Source: a virus. From it: 64,000 nt of DNA. The notes below the pieces were generated by a model, which did no database searches, was not told the origin of the DNA, and saw only the letters and a program-made list of their open reading frames with translations. This document shows, piece after piece, positions 40,927 to 51,134 of the stretch. The position numbers and the translations under genes were made by a program. The DNA lies in IMG/VR virus record IMGVR_UViG_3300022924_000018, positions 1 to 64,000 of that record. The stretch is one strand, 5' to 3'. Each line of letters opens with the position of its first letter. The stretch's first letter is position 1.

Positions 40927-41488
40927 GATATCTCCATTTACTTCCCAAGCATGTTTTTGAATTATCTTTTAATGCCCTCCAAACTGATTTGGTAGCAGCT
41001 TTAGCTTTTATAGCCTCTTTAATTGAAGGCCATGTTTTAATTATCTGATCTGTTTTTTTGTCTATTTGGTCGACTTTTATACATTTAGGTGCTGTGCCAT
41101 TAATTTTACCTGCCGTATTGTGAGTTTTTAAAACCTCTATCATGTGCTTTTGGTTCATCGAGTTATTACACCATTCAAGATTTTCAAGTCTATTATCGTC
41201 TTTGATGCCGTTGATATGATTTATCTGGGGATATTTTGTTGGGTTTGGAATAAAGGCTAACGCAACTAACCTATGAGTTAAAAACATATGTGATTTTAAA
41301 TCCTTTCGTAAACATATTTTTAAATAACCTTGTACGTCTTTTTTAGGAGTCATAATTGATGAAGGTATTGAGTAATTACCTCTTTTTTCCGTTACTACAA
41401 GCCTATCTAATGACTTTATTCTACCAACATCACTAACTTCGTATAGTCCTTCAAAGCCCAATATGGGTTTCCATTCTTCTTCAAACAT
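40916..41488 (-). CDS. NUMOD4-HNH homing endonuclease
   Basis: EEWKPILGFEGLYEVSDVGRIKS, HRLVALAFIPNP, INHINGIKDDNRLENLEW. Confidence 0.92.
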   Translation of the reverse strand: MFEEEWKPILGFEGLYEVSDVGRIKSLDRLVVTEKRGNYSIPSSIMTPKKDVQGYLKICLRKDLKSHMFLTHRLVALAFIPNPTKYPQINHINGIKDDNRLENLEWCNNSMNQKHMIEVLKTHNTAGKINGTAPKCIKVDQIDKKTDQIIKTWPSIKEAIKAKAATKSVWRALKDNSKTCLGSKWRYHEK

Positions 41489-42023
41489 GATATGTGCATT
41501 TAGCAGCTTCTTTTAAGCTTGGTTTATGTCCTAATGATTTCTCTGTTCTTTTAAATGATGTTTCCCACATCTTATCTACTTTGATATTTTTAATACCCTC
41601 TACGCTTGCGTGTGCTAAATGTAATATTCCTTTAAACCCTACTTTCCAATAGTATTTTTTAGGCAATCTAACACACATCATCAATTCGGGTATAGGCGCT
41701 TGCCTTGTTTTTACATGGCTATCTAATCCGAAGTATTGAACCCATGAAATTTCTTTACCAATCTTATATCGTAATCCGCTGTTTCCCTCTCCAATATCCT
41801 CTAAGTAAAATCCGTTTGCTAAAGCCCATTCTAAAACAGTTTCTTTATTCATGTTGGGAAACTGCAAACTCAATATTAAGGCATCGTTAGGGATTTCTAA
41901 TTTATCAGGATTAACAATTGTTTTCCATCCTACTAATTCAGGATTACGAGCGAATAAAGAAGCGAACGTACAGCCAATATTTTTGCTGTTGCACATCCAT
42001 TTCCTATTTAAAGTAGTTTCCAT
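41481..42023 (-). CDS. Hypothetical enzyme-like protein (GCTFA motif)
   Basis: 180-aa ORF, coupled to HNH gene. Confidence 0.55.
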   Translation of the reverse strand: METTLNRKWMCNSKNIGCTFASLFARNPELVGWKTIVNPDKLEIPNDALILSLQFPNMNKETVLEWALANGFYLEDIGEGNSGLRYKIGKEISWVQYFGLDSHVKTRQAPIPELMMCVRLPKKYYWKVGFKGILHLAHASVEGIKNIKVDKMWETSFKRTEKSLGHKPSLKEAAKCTYHV

Positions 42024-42132
42024 AACTCAACAATTAAAGTTTCAAACATAACCCCTAATATGAGGCATTCTACTATTACCAAGCCTTTTACAACTATTGT
42101 ATTTTCAGCTTTATTACCTATGTTAACGTTCA

Positions 42133-42321
42133 TTACTCAATTATTACAGATACTTCTAAGTTCTTATTATGGTTTACCCATGTTGTAATGTCTTTACGCT
42201 TATTACCTACCTTGAACTTAGCAAGGAATATAATATGTCGCTTAACTCCTAATTTATCAGCTATGTAGTTGATTTCTCCAATAGCATTGCTAACTGTTAA
42301 TTTGTCGTCTTGATTTTTCAT
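42133..42321 (-). CDS. DUF3606-like small protein
   Basis: EINYIADKLGV...AKFKVGN. Confidence 0.45.
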   Translation of the reverse strand: MKNQDDKLTVSNAIGEINYIADKLGVKRHIIFLAKFKVGNKRKDITTWVNHNKNLEVSVIIE

Positions 42322-42611
42322 TGTTTTAGTTTTTTTATAAGTTAGCTATTATTGTTTTAGCTATATCTCCATACCATATCATTACTCTTCCATACAAAGA
42401 CATAGGAATACTATATCCTGTTTTATATTTTTTAGAATCTGTAGTAGTAAATTTATATCTAATTTCTTCTAGTTCATCACCATCAGCTTGTATTTTAACT
42501 ACATCATCAGCTAATAAATTCATATTACTTTTGAATGGAACATAAAATTGTTTTTCTGTTCCATCTTTGTTTACTATATATAATGCCATTGTTTTTAAGT
42601 TTTTAAAATGT

Positions 42612-42640
42612 AAAAGCAGGGAAGCAAACAAACCCTGCTA
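42612..42640 (-). terminator. Rho-independent terminator
   Basis: Minus strand AGCAGGG...CCCTGCTTTT. Confidence 0.55.
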
Positions 42641-43421
42641 AATCTAATCCTCTACGAAACGAATGCTTTTTACACTTATCCAAGTGGTGTTTTTATTTAA
42701 GCGATTTAAGCACGCTATAAGCCTCTGTTATTATTGGCAACTGTTTACCATTACCCGATAGCTTTCGTTCTTTCTCAACGGCTGTAATGACGTTTAAAAG
42801 GGTTTCTTTGAGTATGTTGTTTTGCTCAATTAGATTATCTATAATTCTATGCGAAATATTATCTTTCTCGTCCATCTTTAAATGTATTTTTCAATTCAAC
42901 ATTATACTCTTTATTATTCACTAAGTACCAATTTATAATTAGGTTCTTAATCCATTGTTCGTGTAGTGCGTATGGTTTCATATTAGCTATTTTTATTGAA
43001 AAAATCGCCGATAGTTATTTCGTTACCTTGTGTATAATATCCTTTTCTTGTTTCCATAAAAATCTTTAACTGCTCTATTATTTCTACCTCTGTTTTTGGA
43101 TTTATTTTTTGCCTTGACAAATACTCTTTAAATTCATTTTTACATTCATAGCAGATGTAACCAACGCTATCTATGTAAGTCTCACACATTATTTGAGGAC
43201 AATTTTCCCTATAACAACTCATTACTCCCATTATTTCCAAGTTTTAAAATCAGATAAACTCCATAACCCTAATAGAATACATATTAAACTCATAAAGCCT
43301 AATAGTAAAGCAAATCCACCTAATCCATCATAACAATTTACTTTATATGCTAAAACAGATAATATGCAAGCAAGGATTGTAAAGAATGCACAACTTAAAT
43401 AGTCGTCAGCGTTTAGTTTCT

Positions 43422-43892
43422 TCATGATGTAAATATATTTTCAAGTGTTAAATACCTTTCGCCCTCTAGGTCTTTCATATCGTTTCTAATGGTAATATCT
43501 CCCATTAATAACCGCCAGTATAACCTGTTGTATTTTAAGTCCTCTAATACTATTATGCGCTCGTCTAATGGTGTTGCTTTGCTCTCTGCAAGTATATCGC
43601 CATCTTTTATTGGTTGTCCTTTAGAGTTGTTCATATCCTTGTTATTTTTAATTTGCTCCTCATGTATTCTATAAATAAAATCTCTTATGTAATAAGGCCA
43701 ACCATTTCTTGTCCCCGCTGTACAATCTAAAAATAAACCTGTTTTAGAGTTTATAACAGAGCTTTTTAATCCATTTAGATGAATACAATAAATCCTTTCT
43801 TGCTTATCATTTATAATCCCCAACCACCAGTTAAACGGGAAATCCTTTCCTTTTAACTCCTTTAAATCAGAACGTTTGAAATCATTTTTCAT
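43422..43892 (-). CDS. Hypothetical phage protein
   Basis: 156-aa ORF. Confidence 0.5.
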   Translation of the reverse strand: MKNDFKRSDLKELKGKDFPFNWWLGIINDKQERIYCIHLNGLKSSVINSKTGLFLDCTAGTRNGWPYYIRDFIYRIHEEQIKNNKDMNNSKGQPIKDGDILAESKATPLDERIIVLEDLKYNRLYWRLLMGDITIRNDMKDLEGERYLTLENIFTS

Positions 43893-44567
43893 ATCACATT
43901 TAGTTTTCGTAATAACTGTTTAGCTGTAGCATTCATTATAGCAAATTCAAAGGAATGAAATAAGACGCTGTAATCAACTGTTTCATACAAATCATGTATT
44001 TCATTGTCTAATTGATAAAAGTGTCTTAAAAGGGCTGAATTGCTTTCGGGATTGCTAACATGTTCCGTTGAGAATAGTTCTGTTTGCATTTCTTCGCTGT
44101 TTATTAGTGGTAAATTCTATTTTGATATGTTGATGATACATTTAGGATGTTCTTTTATTGCTTCATTAAGTTGTGTTAAAACTTTCAAAGCAACTTCATA
44201 ATTACCCCAACCATCTGTATCAATTATACATTCGTGATTACCTACTTTTATGTAAGTAATATCGTTTATTGTTTTGTATTTATTTTTCATAACGTTTCTG
44301 CTTTTGCTTCATCAGTATAGGCACACACCTATAGACGTTTATTTTATCAACCCTCGTGTCCTAGTCGGTTGTTTCTCGCTACATACCCATTACTTTATTA
44401 TTCATGGTTTAGTTAACCGTTTCAAGTTAACAGCGTTTTGCATTTGATTCGAGTTGGTTTTATCCCTTATCTCTACAACTGTTTGGTAGTTAAACCCTCA
44501 TTTACATATTAATGAGATATGCCAATCTTTATTTTAAAACGCAATATTGGGAATACGTTTGTTTTTG

Positions 44568-44627
44568 CCCTTGATAACAGATTCGAACTGTTTAGCCTAT
44601 TATTTCAGCTAATGCCTTAATCAAGGG
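44568..44627 (-). ncRNA. D-armless mini tRNA-like structure (60 nt)
   Basis: CCCTTGAT/ATCAAGGG acceptor-like stem abutting T-arm AACAG-TTCGAAT-CTGTT, one internal hairpin TAGC...GCTA. Confidence 0.55.
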
Positions 44628-44633
44628 TTTTTA

Positions 44634-45050
44634 TTATTTATTTTTATTGTACCATTTAATAAACCAAACAACGGCATTAAAACATGATTCTATTTTAGTT
44701 TTGTATCTAGTATCTAAATCTTTTAAATCCTTAATGCCTAAATCTATTTGAGAATACCAACCTAAAAACTCTACTCTATTGTCATATTCAGTATGTAAAT
44801 ACACTTGTTCGTCTTTTACATTGGTTGTTTCAATCTTTTCAACCACTGGCATTAACCAATTCCAATCAGAATTATATAAAAGTTCATCCTGACTATAGTG
44901 TTTTTGTGCGCTGACAACATTTTTTAAATCTCCATAGTCTTTATATTGTGCTTTACCTATTCCATAAGTATTTGAATGAACATTATATAAACCGCCCATA
45001 AATTCAGCTATAAGCTTATTGTTTTCTATTGTTGATTGTTGAGTATTCAT
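44634..45050 (-). CDS. Phage protein (NKLIAEFMG...DWNWLMPVVEKI family)
   Basis: Motifs shared with 47465-47761. Confidence 0.7.
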   Translation of the reverse strand: MNTQQSTIENNKLIAEFMGGLYNVHSNTYGIGKAQYKDYGDLKNVVSAQKHYSQDELLYNSDWNWLMPVVEKIETTNVKDEQVYLHTEYDNRVEFLGWYSQIDLGIKDLKDLDTRYKTKIESCFNAVVWFIKWYNKNK

Positions 45051-45764
45051 GATATTTTAAACTTTAAATCCTATTTTCTTTTTTTTAATATATTTTCTTT
45101 TGTTTTCAAAGCCCATTGTAACGCCATAAAAGTATCATCTTGTTTGCTACACCACGTATGACCGTATTTAATTTGAATAGCTCTTGCAAGATTATATTTA
45201 TGCCTTTTAATTGCTAACCAAAATATATTTTCTGATTTATCTCGCTTTGGCTTATTGTTGCCGTATTGTATTAGTTCATCAAGTAGATGAGGAAATGTTA
45301 CTTTCATAATTTAGTTATGCTTTATACATTTAAAACTTAAAAACAAACTATACCATTTTCGATAAAAATAAAACAGCGGGTATTTTTGATTACCACAAAC
45401 ACAACATTTAGCATTTGTAAAAGTCTTTGTTTTCATTTGGGTATAAGATTTGTTCTTTATAAATTATAATCATTGCTTTATCGCCTTTCCATTTATCAAC
45501 TATTTCATTACATGAGGTGTTGATAAAATCCAAACCGAAATACATCGCCAGAGACAAACCTCTTTGAAACATCCAATCATAATTTGTACATTTTGACTGA
45601 AAAGCGCCATTAACAAATAATTTGTATTGTGTTTGTGGAATTGTGGTTGGTTTTAACATGGTTATTTATTGTTTTAAGCTATTTATATTCGATTTAAGAG
45701 ACTTTTATATATTGGTTGGTGTTTGGTAGGGTAAATCTTTTAATGTGTTGTAGAGGGGGTTAAA

Positions 45765-46628
45765 TTAGCCGTTTATAATTTCTTGCAATTCATTTGCAAA
45801 TTCATATATATCCGCATCTAATATGCTTTTAGCCTTATTTAACGAATTAACGCATTCTTTGTGTATTCTTTCAGCCGTTCTACTATCGCTATCATAGCCT
45901 AACTCACTGCAAAATTCTTCAAACTCTTGTTCGCCTGCCATTGCATCTGATATGAAGCATTCGAAAGCACTTAATAAATCTTCGCCTTTAATTTCTGTGT
46001 TACCTTGATTGTAATCATTAGTTGAGCCATAGAAATCAAAACCTGTTACGCTTTCATTCTCTGTGTTTTTAACTGTTATGTAGAAACGGTTATGTAAACC
46101 TCCATCTTTGGTATTTGGGAACGCTACACCCGAAGCGATTAGCTTAGATGATATGATAAGGTTCTTGTATTTAAACTCTGTAGTTTCGTAATCGTTGTAT
46201 TGCGTTTTAACATAAACTTGAATTGCTTTTAATTCTAACTCGTTTAAGGTGTGTGCTTTCCAATCCCAACGAAAATGCCCTTTACCGTAATTAACCGCTT
46301 TGTTTTCGTCAGCATCCATTTTATCTCTATAATATTGCCCGCCATGACCTAAGCCTTGTATTTTGTTATCAGCAATGTTTTTAAGTAATACTGGCACGCT
46401 TAAAGGGTCACCAACACTAAATATGATATTATTTAGCTTTCTAATTAAAGCATTTAAGGCGGTTGTTTCTTTGTATTTATAGCTTTCAGTTTTCCAAATA
46501 TCATTTGCAGTTTTATACAAAGGCACGGTTTCCCCTGATACCTGATTATAACATTTGATTATATTATTTGCCATGCTTAAAAAAGCATCTGATTGTTTTG
46601 TTGCAAAGAATTGTATTTCGTTATTCAT
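45765..46628 (-). CDS. Hypothetical early protein
   Basis: 287 aa; C-terminal FEEFCSELGYDSDSR motif. Confidence 0.6.
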   Translation of the reverse strand: MNNEIQFFATKQSDAFLSMANNIIKCYNQVSGETVPLYKTANDIWKTESYKYKETTALNALIRKLNNIIFSVGDPLSVPVLLKNIADNKIQGLGHGGQYYRDKMDADENKAVNYGKGHFRWDWKAHTLNELELKAIQVYVKTQYNDYETTEFKYKNLIISSKLIASGVAFPNTKDGGLHNRFYITVKNTENESVTGFDFYGSTNDYNQGNTEIKGEDLLSAFECFISDAMAGEQEFEEFCSELGYDSDSRTAERIHKECVNSLNKAKSILDADIYEFANELQEIING

Positions 46629-47029
46629 GATATTAGTGTTTTTAAAGCTATATAAGCCGTTTAAATTATTTAGTAGTGTTAGAGCCTAATTTATAAGCTT
46701 GTTGCATTAATGATAATATGTGACTCTCTGTAATTGGATAATCGAAGTCATAACCTGATTTTTTGAGTATATCAGCTAGTTTTCTGTTAAAGTTATCGAC
46801 CTCTACAGGAATAACGTAGTACCTTATAAATTCCCCTCTATGTTTTGCGTTTTCTATGTCTTTGATTTTAGCTTTTTTAGCTTTATCCAAGAATTTAATA
46901 TTTGTCCCCAGATAGTTGTATGCTTGTTGTTTTAAGCTTTGAGCATCCCAAACTTCCATTATAAAGAACGATTCTCCGAATGCGTCTGAATATCTGATTT
47001 TATATAATTGTTTCTTAGCTTCCATAATC

Positions 47030-47284
47030 TTATTTATTTGATGGTGTTAAATATTTACGTGTTGGTTTACCTGCTTTAGTAAGCTTGCCAGTCTCAAAAT
47101 AAAGCCTGCCTTTTTTATTAGCATATACTTTATATGTTTTACCGTTATAGATTGCTTTGTCTTTAGTTTCTACTTTATCCGCAGCATCTAAGTTGTAAAC
47201 AGTTTGAGCAAATAAGCCCGATGCTGTTAAGCTAATAAGCAAAATGATTGCTATTGCTGTAATGTAAAATGTTGTTCTTTTCAT
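47030..47284 (-). CDS. Small secreted protein
   Basis: Signal peptide ending LFA-Q; basic C-terminus. Confidence 0.55.
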   Translation of the reverse strand: MKRTTFYITAIAIILLISLTASGLFAQTVYNLDAADKVETKDKAIYNGKTYKVYANKKGRLYFETGKLTKAGKPTRKYLTPSNK

Positions 47285-47478
47285 GGTGTTTTGGTATTTA
47301 TTTCTAAGTAATCAAATAAATTCTCTCTCAAATTGTCAATAGATATAGTAGTCGACGAACTTATTCCGTAAGCGGGATGACCTAGATTTTGTGTTGCCTC
47401 TAATAATTTTTGTTCAGTTTCTTTTAAAACTTTAAGCACTTGCTGTTTTGTTGCTTTTTTTAGATTATCGCTTTTCAT
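47281..47478 (-). CDS. Small phage protein, paralogue of 32072-32263
   Basis: High visible identity to 32072-32263. Confidence 0.75.
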   Translation of the reverse strand: MKSDNLKKATKQQVLKVLKETEQKLLEATQNLGHPAYGISSSTTISIDNLRENLFDYLEINTKTP

Positions 47479-47761
47479 TTTTAATTATTTTTAATATTAT
47501 TTGATATGAACCTTTTAAGTCTTTGGAGTTAATAAGTTCATTTAGCTCTAAAATTAGATTATTTTGTTTTTTGCATAGAATTAATCTATCATATACTTTT
47601 TTTACCCAATTAATATCTTCATCAAACTTTAACCATTCTATATAATCAAAAGGATTATTTATAAGACCTTTTAGAGAATCGGCACAATCATACCATCCCA
47701 AATCTGTCTTCGCCATTCCCATAAATTCAGCTATACGTTTATTTTCTTTGCTATTATACAT
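47465..47761 (-). CDS. Phage protein, distant paralogue of 44634-45050
   Basis: NKRIAEFMG. Confidence 0.6.
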   Translation of the reverse strand: MYNSKENKRIAEFMGMAKTDLGWYDCADSLKGLINNPFDYIEWLKFDEDINWVKKVYDRLILCKKQNNLILELNELINSKDLKGSYQIILKIIKNEKR

Positions 47762-47935
47762 TTTAATGAGTTTTAAGACGTTTAAATATTAAATTAATAC
47801 AATTAGTAGCCTATACTATTTAAGTTGCTTAGAGTGCCTTTAGAATAAGCCACACACAATGGCAATACAACAAATACAATAAGGAATAATACCGAGGCTA
47901 TAATAACCTTTTGATTGTAATTAAGAGTTTTCATA

Positions 47936-48235
47936 TTATTGTTTATTAATTAAGTAAGAAGATTTAACAACAAATATATCTGTACTGTCAATGCTACTTT
48001 TAAGCGTTTGCAATTCTTTCAAATGCAGAGTGATCTCGCTATCATTCAAATTAACCATCACACTATCTCCAATCTTTACAGGAATACTAACAGACTCCCC
48101 TTCAATAACAGTAATAACTTTACCGTTAACAATTGATGTAACATCGTAAACCCGTAGTTTAGACTCCTTACACGACTGTATAAGAACAGTAGTACAGAAC
48201 ATAGCACACACAGCGCCTAATAATAATTTTTTCAT
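47936..48235 (-). CDS. Lipoprotein
   Basis: MKKLLLG...LIQSC lipobox. Confidence 0.6.
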   Translation of the reverse strand: MKKLLLGAVCAMFCTTVLIQSCKESKLRVYDVTSIVNGKVITVIEGESVSIPVKIGDSVMVNLNDSEITLHLKELQTLKSSIDSTDIFVVKSSYLINKQ

Positions 48236-48978
48236 GTTGATATGATTAAGGATTGATTAAATGTTTTTATTAAATTTAGATGTTGAAAAGTCATAAAAAT
48301 AATCATACTCTTTAACTAGTTTATCATATTCAGAGCCATAACAAAATTCTCCGTTATAAACCTTTTTACCATCGTCAGTAGAATTAAACATATAACCAAT
48401 TGTTCCGCTTGCATTCATTCTGTAAATACCGCCACAAACTGATAATGCATCTTTTTTTAATGAAGTTTTCATAATTAATATATTTTATAAATGTTAAAAA
48501 TCAAGTTATTAGAGTGTTGTATTATTGGTAGTCTCTAATGGGTAATGTTATTTATTCTCCTGATAAAACTATCAATACCTCAATCTCATCTAAATCGCCA
48601 TTATCAAGGTTTAACTGAATACATTCCTTCATGTCCTGTAACGTCTCTTCAGCATCCTGACCTAAGCAATAAAACGAATGCATTCTAATACCCTCAATAT
48701 CTTTCAATATAGAGATACAGCCATCTAATGATAATTTGTTAACGTCTTCGCTTAATGTAATTTGATTCGCCATGTTATTGATAATTAATGTGTTAGTGTA
48801 TATTATTTAGTACAATCAGCCATTTTTACCTATTTTGTGCTGATTTGGTAATGCAATAGTACGAACAATATTTATAAATGCAATACTTTTATTTAAATAT
48901 ATTTAATAATATTTATAGACGTGCCTCTAAACACATTTAAACACACTATTTATTTTTAATGTATATTATGTTGTTACA

Positions 48979-49356
48979 TTAGGTTATAGAACTAACCAAA
49001 GAAATTATACTACTTATAGCCTTATCAGTAGGTGCAAACAATTTACAGTTATTCCATCCGTTACCAATATACTCAATCATACCGTTGTTATACAATGTAG
49101 TCATCATGCTATATATCTTCTTATAATAACCATGACTAAAACTATGATGCTTCAAAACCTGATTAACACTCATACCTCCACCAGTGTAATGATAATTAGT
49201 AACCAACAACACTAACACCTCAAAACTCTGATTAGTTAAATGGTTATCAGTTATAAACTTGTTCTGATTATATATATATGACGTGACAAACTTTAGGGTG
49301 ACTTTAGTTACAGGGGGTTTATCCAATACTTTTAAGTCTTCAATCTCTGTTATCAT
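48979..49356 (-). CDS. Winged-helix-like (MarR-type) protein, first gene of leftward arm
   Basis: LTNQSFEVLVLL, L..NGMIE...FAPTDKA; TAATTTTG box just upstream. Confidence 0.45.
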   Translation of the reverse strand: MITEIEDLKVLDKPPVTKVTLKFVTSYIYNQNKFITDNHLTNQSFEVLVLLVTNYHYTGGGMSVNQVLKHHSFSHGYYKKIYSMMTTLYNNGMIEYIGNGWNNCKLFAPTDKAISSIISLVSSIT

Positions 49357-49970
49357 ACATCAAAATTAGTTAAATCAAATGTATTATAAAGACTTTTAAA
49401 ACACTATAGTCATGACCTTTAATAATAACACCATTGATAATTAGTTAATATCTTACATAGCTTTAAATTAGTTAGGCTTGCTATTGATATGATTAGTAGG
49501 TTAGTATAAGTAGATAGTGATTGATAATAATGAGATTGAGAATGAAGGGCACCCCGTTGAGATAGATCGTGTTTTGATGAGGGAGGGAGGCGGGGCTTTA
49601 TATAGGGGTTATATGAAGCTTATACCATTATGGGGGGGGGTATCTGATATAAAATGGTACTTATATATTCATTTGTGTGTAAAGATTTAATAAGTATTAC
49701 TGCTTACTACTGATAAGGTAAGGGTTGGATTTAACCGTTAGCATATTTATATGCGGATACCTTGTTATACTCTTTATATATACGGTATTCTTATTATTTG
49801 TTTAGAGTATTGATTTAATTGGTTGGTTGTTATTTAAACTAAGAATATGCCTTTAAATAGTCTGTGCAGTATTTTACATGAAATGTGGATAAAAAGTATA
49901 GTTATTTGCGTAATTATGCATAAATATATTGTGCAGTGTGTTGCATAAAAGAATTAAAGTGCATACATTT
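49357..49970. other. Non-coding divergence region with G-tract cluster (candidate packaging/terminus or origin)
   Basis: Strand switch, ~600 nt ORF-free, G tracts at 49581-49608 and G9 at 49632-49640. Confidence 0.5.
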
Positions 49971-49974
49971 GGAT

Positions 49975-50478
49975 ATGGCAAAAAGAAAAAAGAAACCTAC
50001 AGAAGAAGAGCTTACGGATGAATTGATGGGGACTAACCCATTTATGACAGATGCGTTAATAACGGTAAGCAAAAGAAGAACACCTAAAGATGTTGAGAAT
50101 GGTGCTATTAATTACGAAGACAACTTAATTGAGATTACGCCTTATACTAAAGTATTTGAGGTAACGGGAGGTAAAGAGAAGATGTTGGCATTGAGTCCTA
50201 GAGGAAAGGAGATGTATTTGTATTTGATACATTATGCGCCAAAGGCTAAAGATTATATGTGGATTAATAGGGTTCACTTTATGAAGAGCAATGATATTAA
50301 GTCTGTACACACGTTTTTAAACGCTTTAGGAGAGTTAAATGCTTCGGGCTATGTTCAGTCCAAGTTTAAGATGAAAGATGTTATATGGCTTAATCCGTTG
50401 TACTTCTTTAAAGGGAGCAGACTAAACAGATTTCCTGATAAACTAACAATTAAACCTTATAAGAAAAAAGATGAATAA
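49975..50478 (+). CDS. RepL-like HTH protein
   Basis: C-terminal WLNPLYFFKGSR motif; start at ATG 49975 just after TACATTTG. Confidence 0.65.
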   Translation: MAKRKKKPTEEELTDELMGTNPFMTDALITVSKRRTPKDVENGAINYEDNLIEITPYTKVFEVTGGKEKMLALSPRGKEMYLYLIHYAPKAKDYMWINRVHFMKSNDIKSVHTFLNALGELNASGYVQSKFKMKDVIWLNPLYFFKGSRLNRFPDKLTIKPYKKKDE

Positions 50479-50708
50479 ACTAACAGAGTACATGGTTCAA
50501 GAACCTAAAAGAAAAGGTGAATTTCTTTATAACAGAGCAATATTCATTTGGCATAATAACTACGAGCAAGATTTGAAAGTTCATTGGGGAATGAAATTAG
50601 ATAAGTCAAAAGGGAAAATGGATAGCTATGGCGAGGTTAGAAGCAAAGGCAAGACTATGTTTCGTATCCGTCCAAAAAATGAAAATGAATGGATTAATTA
50701 TTAATAAT

Positions 50709-51134
50709 ATGGCAATATTAAATTACACAACAAAAATAGATAGCATAAAGACTATCGGGGAGATAACAAAATGCTTAGTTGAGCATGGCGCTAAAAAGAT
50801 TGTATCAGATTATGACGATGATGGTGTTCCTATTCAGGTTACATTTCAAATAAGCATAAATGATAATATGGTTTTCTATGCTTTACCTGCAAATTACGGA
50901 GGAGTGCTTAAAGCTATGGATAAGAACAAAAAAGTTCCTCGTAGCATGGTTAATAAAGAGCAAGCAATTCGTGTATCATGGAGAATTATAAAAGACTGGG
51001 TTGAGGCACAAATGGCTATTGTAGAGGCACAGTTAGCTGATATGGCAGAAGTATTCTTGCCTTATGCGGTTACTAAAAATGGTAATACGCTTTACAACGA
51101 GATTAAGAACAACCCTAAACTGCTTTTGAATTAA
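50709..51134 (+). CDS. Conserved phage protein
   Basis: MAILNYTTKID...QAIRVSWRIIKDWVEAQMA...EVFLPY. Confidence 0.75.
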   Translation: MAILNYTTKIDSIKTIGEITKCLVEHGAKKIVSDYDDDGVPIQVTFQISINDNMVFYALPANYGGVLKAMDKNKKVPRSMVNKEQAIRVSWRIIKDWVEAQMAIVEAQLADMAEVFLPYAVTKNGNTLYNEIKNNPKLLLN

